Shown here one piece after another: positions 6,022 to 12,454 of a stretch of DNA of 12,454 bases. The position numbers and the translations under genes were made by a program. The notes under the pieces were generated by a model. The model ran no database searches and was not told the origin of the DNA. It saw only the letters and a program-made list of their open reading frames with translations. Position 1 is the first letter of the stretch. Each line of letters starts with the position of its first letter. The stretch comes from a virus. Location: the UHGV virus genome UHGV-0202589. One strand, written 5' to 3'.

Positions 6022-7302
6022 ATGAGTAACAACGCACGTTCCGGCCTTGGCCGACTTTTTTCGCTGCTGGGTCTGCTGGTCTCGCTGCTGTGGCATCCCT
6101 TGGCGAACGCGGACTTCTACCAATGGCAGATTTCCATCCCTGGAGAGCCCACGGCCTTCTTTCCATCCTATACGGCGGCGTGCCAGTACTACTTCGATAA
6201 CACGTCGGCCAACTGGCTAAAGGAAATCAACAAACTGAGCTACAAGGAAGTTCAGTGCAGTGTTTCGGGTACTGGCGGAATCACCTGGCAGACGAAGACT
6301 GCCATCTTGACTGGTGATAGCTGCCCTCCAGAGCAAGAGCTCGATCCGGCCGATGGCGCCTGCAAGCCGCCGCCCGAAGAGTGCAAGGAAGGGGAACTGT
6401 TTCCGGCCAAGGGCCCGGACTCGCCTGTTGTCACCTCGGGCGGGCGGAACTATGTCGGCGACGGCGGCGCACCGAGCGCCTGTTATCAAAGCTGCGAGTA
6501 CGGCGGCAACCCCAGCCCGGCCAGTTGCTATCTGGTCAAAGGCTCCACCACGACCGGCTTCTGCAATTACATCCTCAAGGGCACCGGACAGAATTGCGGT
6601 GCCGATTCCTACACCTTCGCGCAGACCGGCGATTCGCTGAACCCACCCGACACCCCGAACACCGATCCCTCCGACCCGAACGATCCCGGCTGCCCGCCCG
6701 GCTGGTCGTGGTCGGGGACTACCTGCGTCAAGACCCCGACCGATCCCACGGATCCAACCGACCCAACCACGCCGGGCGGTGATGGCGACGGCGGCGGCGA
6801 TGGCAATGGCGGTGGAGACAACAACGGCGGCGGCAACGACGGCGGCACCGGCAATGGCGGCGACGGCAGCGGGGGAGGGGACGGCAACGGCGGGGGCGAT
6901 GGTAGCGGCGACGGTGACGGCAGCGGCACGGGCGGCGATGGCAACGGTACATGCGACCCGGCGAAAGAGAACTGCTCCACCGGCCCCGAAGGCCCCGGCG
7001 GCGAACTCAAGGAACCCACGCCCGGCACCTGGGATGACGCCATCGCCACCTGGGAAAAGAAGGTCGAGGAAGCCAAGAAAGAACTCAAGACCAAGGTGAA
7101 GGCCAACGTCGACCAGATGAAGGGCGCCTTCGACCTCAACCTGGCGGAAGGCGGCGGGCAACTGCCCTGCGAGCCCATGACCATTTGGGGCAAGTCCTAC
7201 TCCCTCTGTATCTCCGACTACGCCGGCCAACTCTCCAGCCTGCGCGTGGCGCTGCTGCTGATGGCCGCGCTGATCGCCGCCCTCATTCTGCTGAAGGACT
7301 GA
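6022..7302 (+). CDS. coaA: Minor coat / adsorption protein CoaA (pIII-like) of about 426 aa. It has a signal peptide, Cys-rich N-domains, a Gly/Asp/Asn linker and a C-terminal membrane anchor.
   Basis: The signal peptide MSNNARSGLGRLFSLLGLLVSLLWHPLANA is followed by a repeat linker and a C-terminal hydrophobic segment LLLMAALIAALILL. It follows coaB as in Pf1/Pf4. The ATG at 6010 is an alternative start. Confidence 0.8.
   Translation: MSNNARSGLGRLFSLLGLLVSLLWHPLANADFYQWQISIPGEPTAFFPSYTAACQYYFDNTSANWLKEINKLSYKEVQCSVSGTGGITWQTKTAILTGDSCPPEQELDPADGACKPPPEECKEGELFPAKGPDSPVVTSGGRNYVGDGGAPSACYQSCEYGGNPSPASCYLVKGSTTTGFCNYILKGTGQNCGADSYTFAQTGDSLNPPDTPNTDPSDPNDPGCPPGWSWSGTTCVKTPTDPTDPTDPTTPGGDGDGGGDGNGGGDNNGGGNDGGTGNGGDGSGGGDGNGGGDGSGDGDGSGTGGDGNGTCDPAKENCSTGPEGPGGELKEPTPGTWDDAIATWEKKVEEAKKELKTKVKANVDQMKGAFDLNLAEGGGQLPCEPMTIWGKSYSLCISDYAGQLSSLRVALLLMAALIAALILLKD
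6730..6950 (+). repeat. Low-complexity tandem repeats inside coaA: (TDP)n followed by imperfect (GGDGNGGGD)n codon repeats.
   Basis: The nucleotide periodicity ggcgatggcaacggcggn is read directly. It is analogous to the Gly-rich linkers of Ff g3p. Confidence 0.7.
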
Positions 7303-7306
7303 CCCT

Positions 7307-7663
7307 ATGGAATGGCTCTCCGGTTTTCTCGATCAGATCATCGCCTTCTTCCAGTGGATCTGGGATTTCTTCGCCCAGGGCATCTATGACTTCGTGCGCG
7401 ACGGCCTGGTGGTCGCCACCAAGGCGTCGATGTACGCCGCGCTCCAGACCCTGATCCTGCTGATCGATGTCAGCTACACCGCCGCCCGCGAACTGATCGA
7501 CAGCCTCGGCGTGCCGCAGATGATCCGCAGCATGTACGCCGCGCTACCGGGGCCGATTGCGGCGGGTCTGGCCTTCTTCGGCGTGCCGCAGGCGCTGAAC
7601 ATCATCATGGTCGCGGCGGCGACGCGCTTCTGCATGCGCTTCGTGCCGTTCATTGGGAGGTGA
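7307..7663 (+). CDS. Hydrophobic minor virion protein of 118 aa, pVI-like, PA0725 homolog.
   Basis: It is multi-hydrophobic, sits between coaA and zot, and has its ATG 5 nt after the coaA stop. Confidence 0.7.
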   Translation: MEWLSGFLDQIIAFFQWIWDFFAQGIYDFVRDGLVVATKASMYAALQTLILLIDVSYTAARELIDSLGVPQMIRSMYAALPGPIAAGLAFFGVPQALNIIMVAAATRFCMRFVPFIGR

Positions 7664-7666
7664 TCC

Positions 7667-8941
7667 GTGTCGATCAAGATCCACCACGGCCCCAATGGCT
7701 CCTACAAGACCTCCGGCGCTATCCAGGATGACGCCGTGCCCGCGCTGAAAGACGGGCGGGTGATCATCACCAACGTGCGCGGCTTCACCCTGGAGCGGGC
7801 CTATCAGGTCTTTCCGGACCTGCCCAACACGGCGGAGATCATCAACCTCGATCTGGAGTCGCTGGAAGACCTCGAAAAGATGCGCACGTGGTTTCAGTGG
7901 GCGCCCCGCGGGGCCTTCCTGATCTTCGACGAAACCCAACTGCTGTTTCCCAAGTCCTGGCGGGAAAAAGACCTCGAGCGCTTCGACTACCCCGGTGGAC
8001 CGGAAGCGGCCCATGCGGCCGACCGCCCCATGGGCTGGCTCGACGCCTGGACCCGGCACCGGCATTTCAACTGGGACATTGTCCTCACCACGCCGAACAT
8101 CTCCTACATCCGCGACGACATCCGCATGACCTGCGAGATGGCCTACAAGCATTCCAACCTCGCGGTGATCGGCATCCCTGGCCGCTACAAGGAGGCCCAG
8201 CATGACGCCCAACTCAACCGTCCGCCCGCCGATGGCACCATCATCGAGTACAAGCGGATCCGAAAGCAGACCTTCGCCCTCTACCAGTCCACGGCCACCG
8301 GCAAGACCCAGGACACCAAGGCGGGCAAGAGCCTCTTCCGGTCGCCTAAGCTGGTTCTTCTACTGGCATTGCTGGCCGGCACTATTGGCTTTGTCTGGTA
8401 TATGGGGCCTCTGCGCACGATTGGCGGTCCGGCTGCTGCGACACCTGCCGACGCTCCTGGCGACCCTGCTCAAGCCCCTGCTGCGCCCGCTGCTGTGGCT
8501 GCTCCAGCGCGTCCTGCTGCGAATAGCTTTCTTCCTCCTGGGCTTGTACCTGATGGGCCTGCTGCTGCGCCTGTTGATCTGAACGCCCATCCCTTCGCCG
8601 ATCGGCGGATCTCCATCCTTGCCCACGCCTACCGCAAGTCGCGGGGCGATATCTACCTGTTCGCCCTGGAGGATCCCACGGGCCGGCGCCTGGAACTCAC
8701 CAGTTGGCAACTGATCGGCTCCGGCTACCGGGTGACGCCCAAGGGCGAGTGCGTCGTAGAGCTTCGCTATGAGGACTGGAAACAGACCGTCACCTGTGCC
8801 GGGAGGCAGCCCGGCGCGGTGGCCAGCATCGCTCCGGCAGCGCCTGTCGCCGCGTCCGCAGACGCACCGGCCAGGGGCCAGTCGCCGCTGACCATCGTCC
8901 CCGATTCCGAATACGCCTCGCGGCCCTGGAGGCAGAAATGA
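7667..8941 (+). CDS. zot: Zot-like / pI morphogenesis ATPase of 424 aa with an N-terminal P-loop ([10 protein letters not shown]), a central TM segment and an Ala/Pro-rich region.
   Basis: The GTG start has GGGAGG 6 nt upstream. The Walker A motif lies at residues 8-17, as in Zot/gene I proteins. A TM segment [19 protein letters not shown] is present. Confidence 0.85.
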   Translation: MSIKIHHGPNGSYKTSGAIQDDAVPALKDGRVIITNVRGFTLERAYQVFPDLPNTAEIINLDLESLEDLEKMRTWFQWAPRGAFLIFDETQLLFPKSWREKDLERFDYPGGPEAAHAADRPMGWLDAWTRHRHFNWDIVLTTPNISYIRDDIRMTCEMAYKHSNLAVIGIPGRYKEAQHDAQLNRPPADGTIIEYKRIRKQTFALYQSTATGKTQDTKAGKSLFRSPKLVLLLALLAGTIGFVWYMGPLRTIGGPAAATPADAPGDPAQAPAAPAAVAAPARPAANSFLPPGLVPDGPAAAPVDLNAHPFADRRISILAHAYRKSRGDIYLFALEDPTGRRLELTSWQLIGSGYRVTPKGECVVELRYEDWKQTVTCAGRQPGAVASIAPAAPVAASADAPARGQSPLTIVPDSEYASRPWRQK

Positions 8942-9039
8942 TCGATTGGGAATTTCTCGTCCCGGTGGCGATGGGCTGGGCGCTGCATCACTGGTGGACG
9001 GTGATGACGGCGCTAGCGGCGGTAGGGGTGCCGCCATGA
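8938..9039 (+). CDS. Candidate 33-aa hydrophobic micro-protein [33 protein letters not shown], overlapping the zot stop by ATGA.
   Basis: The ATGA overlap suggests translational coupling, and GC3 is high. It is not in the track because it is under 60 aa. Confidence 0.3.
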   Translation: MIDWEFLVPVAMGWALHHWWTVMTALAAVGVPP

Positions 9040-9109
9040 GGGGCGGGCCGCGCCGCCGGCCGGGAGCGCAAGGCATGAGCGATAGGCCGAAGGCGCGGCC
9101 GACGCCCCT
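9040..9109. other. Long-range GC-rich inverted repeat (GGGGCGGGCCGCGCC ... GGCGCGGCCGACGCCCC) in the zot-rep intergenic region. It is a candidate origin, packaging or terminator structure.
   Basis: The arms at 9040..9054 and 9093..9109 are complementary apart from a 2-nt bulge. Confidence 0.4.
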
Positions 9110-9170
9110 GTAACACGTCAGATAACCCCCGATCAGCAACCCCATAGAACCTCATTAACGGGTAAAGAAC

Positions 9171-10463
9171 ATGAAGACTCCGATCCATCCAACGCGACTG
9201 GTCCTCGAAGAGAACGGGGATTTCCACAAGTCCCCGAAGGGGATGCTTTTCATGGACCCGCTCAATGGACAGTTCACCGACCTGTCAGGCGTGCGCATTC
9301 TGCGGTGCGGCGTGGATACGGTGCGGCAGTTGTACAACGGCAAATTGCGTCCGGAAGTGATGGCGCTGTTCGACCTATCGGTGGATGTGGTCGAGTTTGC
9401 CGGCTACGAGTGGTCCAAGGGCCGTATCGGTCGCGACTCTGGCTATCAGTACCGCCTGCAGAACGCCGAAATGGGCCTGATCCTGCTGATCAAGAACCAC
9501 AACATCAAGGTCGACACCATTGGCTCGCACCTCAAGATCGAGGTGTCGCCCCACGCCATTGACGGCGCCGATCCGCGTATTCTCCAGGGCGTGCTGGATG
9601 ACCTGGCCGCGGCGGTGCTGAGTCACTGCGAGACCAACCAAGCAGCCGTGCATATCGCGCTGGATGTGCAGGGCTGGACGCCTCCGGCTGATCTCGTTGA
9701 CCGCATGCATTGCCGCTCGCGTCGGGTGCGGCAAATCAGCGGGATCGAGCGGATCGAGTTCGACGGCAACGCCTCTGTCTACGGGCGTGGCGAGACGTAC
9801 ATGTTCGGCTCGGCCAACGGTCTGCAACTGTCGATCTATAACAAGACTCTCCAGGCTCGGGCCACCGACAAGCTCGACTATTGGGAAAGCGTGTGGGCGA
9901 CCTTGAACGGGGATCCGTTCGGCGATGGCGACCCGGCCTATAACCCCCTGGAAACGGTGTGGCGGATCGAGTTTCGCTATCACCACTCCATCGTCCAGCA
10001 GTTCTCCGAAGGCTCGCGTATGGCTTCGGGAGAGGTCATCGGCTGCCGCACCTACGAGGGCCTTTGCCCGCACCTACAGGGGCTGTGGAACTATGCCTGC
10101 GAGGCATTCCGTGTGCTCTCCCGGGAGGGCATGTATGACGCCTTCTGGAGCCTGATCAGCCAGGATGCCCGCGTCCAGGTCGAGTGCGATCCGCTGATCG
10201 AGCGCACCGAGTATCGGCGCTATTACAAGACCGCCAAGGGCTTTAGCGGGCGCAACTGCGAGATGTTCCTCGGCCAGTTCGTGAGCCTGATCGCGCGGGA
10301 GCGTGTCCCGGCAAAAAAGGCTATTGAGTCCGCCCGCAAATTGGAGTTCTGGCACGTTATCGAAGACCACTATCTCGCCAAGGGTTGGACTCGTCGCGAT
10401 CTGGAAAGGCATATCCACAAGCTCATGTGTGATCGCTATCTGCGCAAGGGATATGCGATATGA
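9171..10463 (+). CDS. Rolling-circle replication initiation protein (gene II-like, PA0727 homolog), 430 aa.
   Basis: Its size, its position between zot and int, and its overall similarity to the Pf replication protein support the call. An in-frame stop lies at 9156..9158, so the ATG at 9171 is the first possible start. Confidence 0.8.
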   Translation: MKTPIHPTRLVLEENGDFHKSPKGMLFMDPLNGQFTDLSGVRILRCGVDTVRQLYNGKLRPEVMALFDLSVDVVEFAGYEWSKGRIGRDSGYQYRLQNAEMGLILLIKNHNIKVDTIGSHLKIEVSPHAIDGADPRILQGVLDDLAAAVLSHCETNQAAVHIALDVQGWTPPADLVDRMHCRSRRVRQISGIERIEFDGNASVYGRGETYMFGSANGLQLSIYNKTLQARATDKLDYWESVWATLNGDPFGDGDPAYNPLETVWRIEFRYHHSIVQQFSEGSRMASGEVIGCRTYEGLCPHLQGLWNYACEAFRVLSREGMYDAFWSLISQDARVQVECDPLIERTEYRRYYKTAKGFSGRNCEMFLGQFVSLIARERVPAKKAIESARKLEFWHVIEDHYLAKGWTRRDLERHIHKLMCDRYLRKGYAI

Positions 10464-11461
10464 CGGTACGCAAGGACGGCAAGACGTGGACGGCTGACTT
10501 CTATGAGAATGGTCGTTCCGGGCGCAGGATTCGCAAGAAAGGCTTCGCTACCAAGTCTGCCGCGATTCGCTATGAGCAGGATTTTTTTGCCGTGAAGGGC
10601 GAGACGGGCCGACCGCTGGATGACCGCCTCTCCGATCTGGTGAAGGTTTGGTATGACCTCCACGGCTGCACCTTGAAGGATGGCAAGCAACGCTTGGCGC
10701 GCTGCGAGGCGCTGGCGAAGCGGCTAGGGAACCCCTTGGCGTTCGAGTTCGATTCGTTGGCGTGGGCACGCTACCGGCAACGTCGCTTGACCGAGGTGAA
10801 GCCTGAGACGGTCAATCACGAGCAACGCTACTTGTCGGCGGTCTTCTCTGAACTGATTCGCCTGGGCTCCTGGCACAAGGAAAACCCGCTGGGCAAGGTC
10901 CGGCAAATCAAGACGGATCAGGTCGAACTTACGTTTCTGTCCCTGGATCAGGTCGCTCGACTGCTGGAAGAGTGCAAGGCCAGTACGAACAACCATACCT
11001 ATCCGGTCGCGCTGTTGTGTCTCGCCACGGGAGCCCGCTGGGAAGAGGCGGAAAGCCTGACGCGGGGCGCTGTGCATGGCGGCAAGGTGCACTATCACCG
11101 GACCAAGAATCGGCAGAGCCGATCAGTGCCGATCCCGGACGAGTTGGAGAGGTTGATATTCAAGGTGGGCATGCCTGGATCTGGCCGCCTGTTCATGTCC
11201 TGCCGCGCCGCGTTCCGCTGCGCCTATCAGCGTTGCGGGTTCCAGACGCCGGGCCAGATGACCCACATTCTCCGCCATACCTTCGCCAGCCACTACATGA
11301 TGGGGGGAGGGGACATCCTGACCCTACAGCGGATCCTCGGCCACTCATCGATCACGATGACCATGCGGTATGCGCACCTATCGCCGGAGCATTTGGCCTC
11401 GGCTATGAGCCTGTCCCCGCTGTATCAGATAAAGCACTTCGCTAGTCAGGTACACCAGTAG
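10460..11461 (+). CDS. int: Tyrosine recombinase / phage integrase of 333 aa (IntF-like).
   Basis: The C-terminal catalytic region HILRHTFASHYMMGGGDILTLQRILGHSSITMTMRYAHL carries the R-H-R-Y signature. Its ATG overlaps the rep stop (ATGA). It is adjacent to the tRNA-like att fragment. Confidence 0.9.
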   Translation: MTVRKDGKTWTADFYENGRSGRRIRKKGFATKSAAIRYEQDFFAVKGETGRPLDDRLSDLVKVWYDLHGCTLKDGKQRLARCEALAKRLGNPLAFEFDSLAWARYRQRRLTEVKPETVNHEQRYLSAVFSELIRLGSWHKENPLGKVRQIKTDQVELTFLSLDQVARLLEECKASTNNHTYPVALLCLATGARWEEAESLTRGAVHGGKVHYHRTKNRQSRSVPIPDELERLIFKVGMPGSGRLFMSCRAAFRCAYQRCGFQTPGQMTHILRHTFASHYMMGGGDILTLQRILGHSSITMTMRYAHLSPEHLASAMSLSPLYQIKHFASQVHQ

Positions 11462-11852
11462 AAGCCTTTTCAGGTTTTTCCAGGGAGCTATCAATACGGC
11501 TGAGGAGGTTTCGCTCCTGAACGACCCAAATCTTCGGAGCGGCATAACCCACAACGAAGGATAGAGCCCATATCTTTGCAAAAACTGCTGGTGTCTCTTG
11601 TAGTGCTCCAATGAAGTACAGCCCAACAACGAAGCCTAATACGCCTCCAACAAAAAGCCGCATGAATAGCCATGCGGAGCGAAGTTCTTGTAGTTGAGTC
11701 GAGGCGAGTTTCATATCTCCTTCCTTGCGGGGAAGGTGAGTGAGGTTGTAATTCGCGACCATTGTCTGTGCCAGGCTCCCAAAGATCGCACCGATAGTGC
11801 AGGCAATGGGAAGAAGCACGTCAAACATAGAAAAGCCGAGTTCGCTGAACAT
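11442..11852 (-). CDS. Membrane protein with 2-3 predicted TM helices, about 136 aa from ATG 11852. The track's 159-aa form extends to 11921. It belongs to the AT-rich cargo and is convergent with int, overlapping its 3' end by 20 nt.
   Basis: Hydrophobic segments include FDVLLPIACTIGAIFGSLAQTMV, WLFMRLFVGGVLGFVVGLYFIGAL and IWALSFVVGYAAP. GC is about 48%, lower than the core. It lies downstream of the tRNA-like fragment and terminator, in the same orientation. Confidence 0.5.
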   Translation of the reverse strand: MFSELGFSMFDVLLPIACTIGAIFGSLAQTMVANYNLTHLPRKEGDMKLASTQLQELRSAWLFMRLFVGGVLGFVVGLYFIGALQETPAVFAKIWALSFVVGYAAPKIWVVQERNLLSRIDSSLEKPEKASTGVPD

Positions 11853-11923
11853 GTCCCTTGTCTCTACTGGCTGATGACCGAAGGGTAGGGCAGAGGCAGG
11901 GGTGAGGGAAGAGGTAGACACGC

Positions 11924-11943
11924 TGTAGTCACTTTGTAGTCAC
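11924..11943 (+). repeat. Two direct copies of TGTAGTCAC spaced 11 bp apart (11924..11932 and 11935..11943). They are candidate integrase or excisionase arm-type binding sites.
   Basis: Read directly. The motif resembles the tRNA acceptor 3' end GGTGTAGCCACC in inverted orientation. Confidence 0.4.
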
Positions 11944-11950
11944 CACAGGC

Positions 11951-11990
11951 AAAAGAAAAGGGGTTAGCTTGCGCTAACCCCTTGAAAAAT
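11951..11990 (-). terminator. Rho-independent terminator on the - strand: the GGGGTTAGC-ttgc-GCTAACCCC perfect 9-bp stem (11960..11981) followed on the - strand by TTTTCTTTT. It lies immediately 3' of the tRNA-like fragment.
   Basis: Read directly. The geometry would terminate the reconstituted tRNA after integration. Confidence 0.55.
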
Positions 11991-11991
11991 A

Positions 11992-12037
11992 TGGTGGCTA
12001 CACCGGGACTTGAACCTGGGACATCAGCATTATGAAT
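11992..12037 (-). other. attP core candidate. It is a degenerate 3' portion of a tRNA-Met(CAT)-like sequence (anticodon loop, T-arm, acceptor 3' strand and CCA); it is not an intact tRNA.
   Basis: The minus strand reads ATTCATAATGCTGATGTCCCAGGTTCAAGTCCCGGTGTAGCCACCA. This resembles the elongator tRNA-Met 3' half as I recall it (...CTCATAATGATGGGGTCACAGGTTCGAATCCCGTCGTAGCCACCA). The T-stem has an A-C mismatch. The acceptor 5' strand complement GGCTACA is absent upstream. Confidence 0.55.
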
Positions 12038-12138
12038 CGCATGAATCATGCCCTCCTTTACCCTAGAACTCCATAGACTGGCTCTTTTCGCGGTCCCGTT
12101 TCCCTATAGGAACACACTTTTTCTGACAGCATAGCTGG

Positions 12139-12147
12139 TGTAGTCAC
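12139..12147 (+). repeat. Third copy of TGTAGTCAC, within GGTGTAGTCACC, on the other side of the attP core.
   Basis: Read directly. It differs by 1 nt from the tRNA-like 3' end GGTGTAGCCACC, in inverted orientation. Confidence 0.4.
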
Positions 12148-12443
12148 CTCTAAGCTCTTTACGGGAGATGCCTTCTCGCGTTAGCTTCAGAGGATGGCCT
12201 CTTGCCATGGGCGCTCGGGAGACAAGGATGATCCATTGCCGTATAGCTTTGACTATCAAATCTTATAGAGAATTTCTGGCTCCTTCTCCTTTGCTGCGGT
12301 TGGCAAACTTATTGCGTTCATGTGGCTACCTCTGTGTCCTTAGTGATAGGGCGCTATAGGGGCTAAAGTTCAGTTGCTAATGAGGAATGGTGGTTTTTAA
12401 GTTTATATTATTATATTTGGTTTTTCGGGAAATCACTCTTGAT

Positions 12444-12454
12444 AAGGAGGGAGT
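12444..12454 (+). promoter_or_regulatory. Shine-Dalgarno sequence AAGGAGG for the gene starting at position 1, across the circular junction. An AT-rich putative promoter region lies upstream, about 12360..12440.
   Basis: The window ends ...GATAAGGAGGGAGT and starts ATGCTAAGT. Confidence 0.5.

Larger units (their letters stand above)
1..12454. mobile_element. Complete Pf1/Pf4-like inovirus (filamentous Pseudomonas phage) genome, apparently circular and linearised at the first gene's ATG. It is either the episomal replicative form or an excised prophage.
   Basis: The core genes are Pf-like and in Pf order: xisF-like, ssDBP, pfsE-like 30 aa, coaB, coaA, pVI-like, zot/pI, rep, int. A tRNA-like attP fragment lies next to int. 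The window end TAAGGAGGGAGT sits directly before the ATG at position 1. The length matches Pf4-size genomes. Confidence 0.75.

Noticed and set aside
6770-6960. Gly/Asp repeat tract as a CRISPR-like or other non-coding repeat.
   Set aside because: It has 3-nt periodicity, lies inside the coaA reading frame, and has no spacer-repeat architecture. It is a coding low-complexity linker.
11992-12068. Possible intact tRNA gene on the - strand.
   Set aside because: Only the 3' half is tRNA-like. No acceptor 5' strand (GGCTACA) or D-arm can be found in the upstream 60 nt, and the T-stem has a mismatch. It is better explained as the attP copy of a tRNA-Met 3' end.
12168-12359. 63-aa + ORF in the region between attP and gene 1.
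   Set aside because: It has no usable SD (GGGAG is only 1 nt from the ATG) and lies in the AT-rich att arm and promoter region that carries the TGTAGTCAC repeat. It is more likely non-coding.
1-12454. AT-rich ends as an assembly chimera or as two unrelated chromosomal flanks.
   Set aside because: The two AT-rich ends join to form an RBS-ATG junction and share composition, the att fragment sits where attP is expected next to int, and the total length matches a Pf4-size genome. One contiguous cargo on a circular genome is more parsimonious.

Overview
The window is best read as a complete, circularly permuted Pf1/Pf4-like filamentous phage (inovirus) genome of Pseudomonas aeruginosa, 12,454 bp. 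Pf4 is about 12.4 kb, and the last bases of the window form an RBS for the ATG at position 1. The GC-rich core (about 3450..11460) carries a + strand gene set that I identify by recall of the Pf1/Pf4 phages; the locus names and xisF/pfsE roles are from memory of the Pf4 literature and are not visible in the sequence. In order these are an excisionase-like protein (XisF) transcribed divergently from a repressor-like gene, three small PA0717/PA0718/PA0719-like ORFs, the ssDNA-binding protein, and a 30-aa PfsE-like ORF. They are followed by a PA0722-like protein, the major coat protein CoaB (its mature part matches the Pf1 coat sequence as I recall it), a strong terminator, the adsorption protein CoaA with a Gly/Asp/Asn repeat linker, a pVI-like protein, the Zot/pI assembly ATPase, the rolling-circle Rep protein and a tyrosine integrase. 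Beside the integrase is a degenerate tRNA-Met-like 3' fragment on the - strand (attP core, 11992..12037), preceded by a terminator hairpin and flanked by TGTAGTCAC repeats. The most unusual part is a roughly 4.4 kb AT-rich cargo that wraps around the window ends (11462..12454 plus 1..3450), clearly foreign to a ~66% GC host. It encodes an operon of a 1-TM small protein, a 182-aa unknown protein, an overlapping ~78-aa helical protein and a 565-aa ABC/SMC-like coiled-coil ATPase. This looks like an ABC three-component or Lamassu-like conflict system, a candidate defense or superinfection-exclusion module on a filamentous phage. The cargo also has a secreted ~90-aa protein co-oriented with the repressor and a 2-3 TM membrane protein convergent with int. 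I see no CRISPR array, no rRNA and no intact tRNA.
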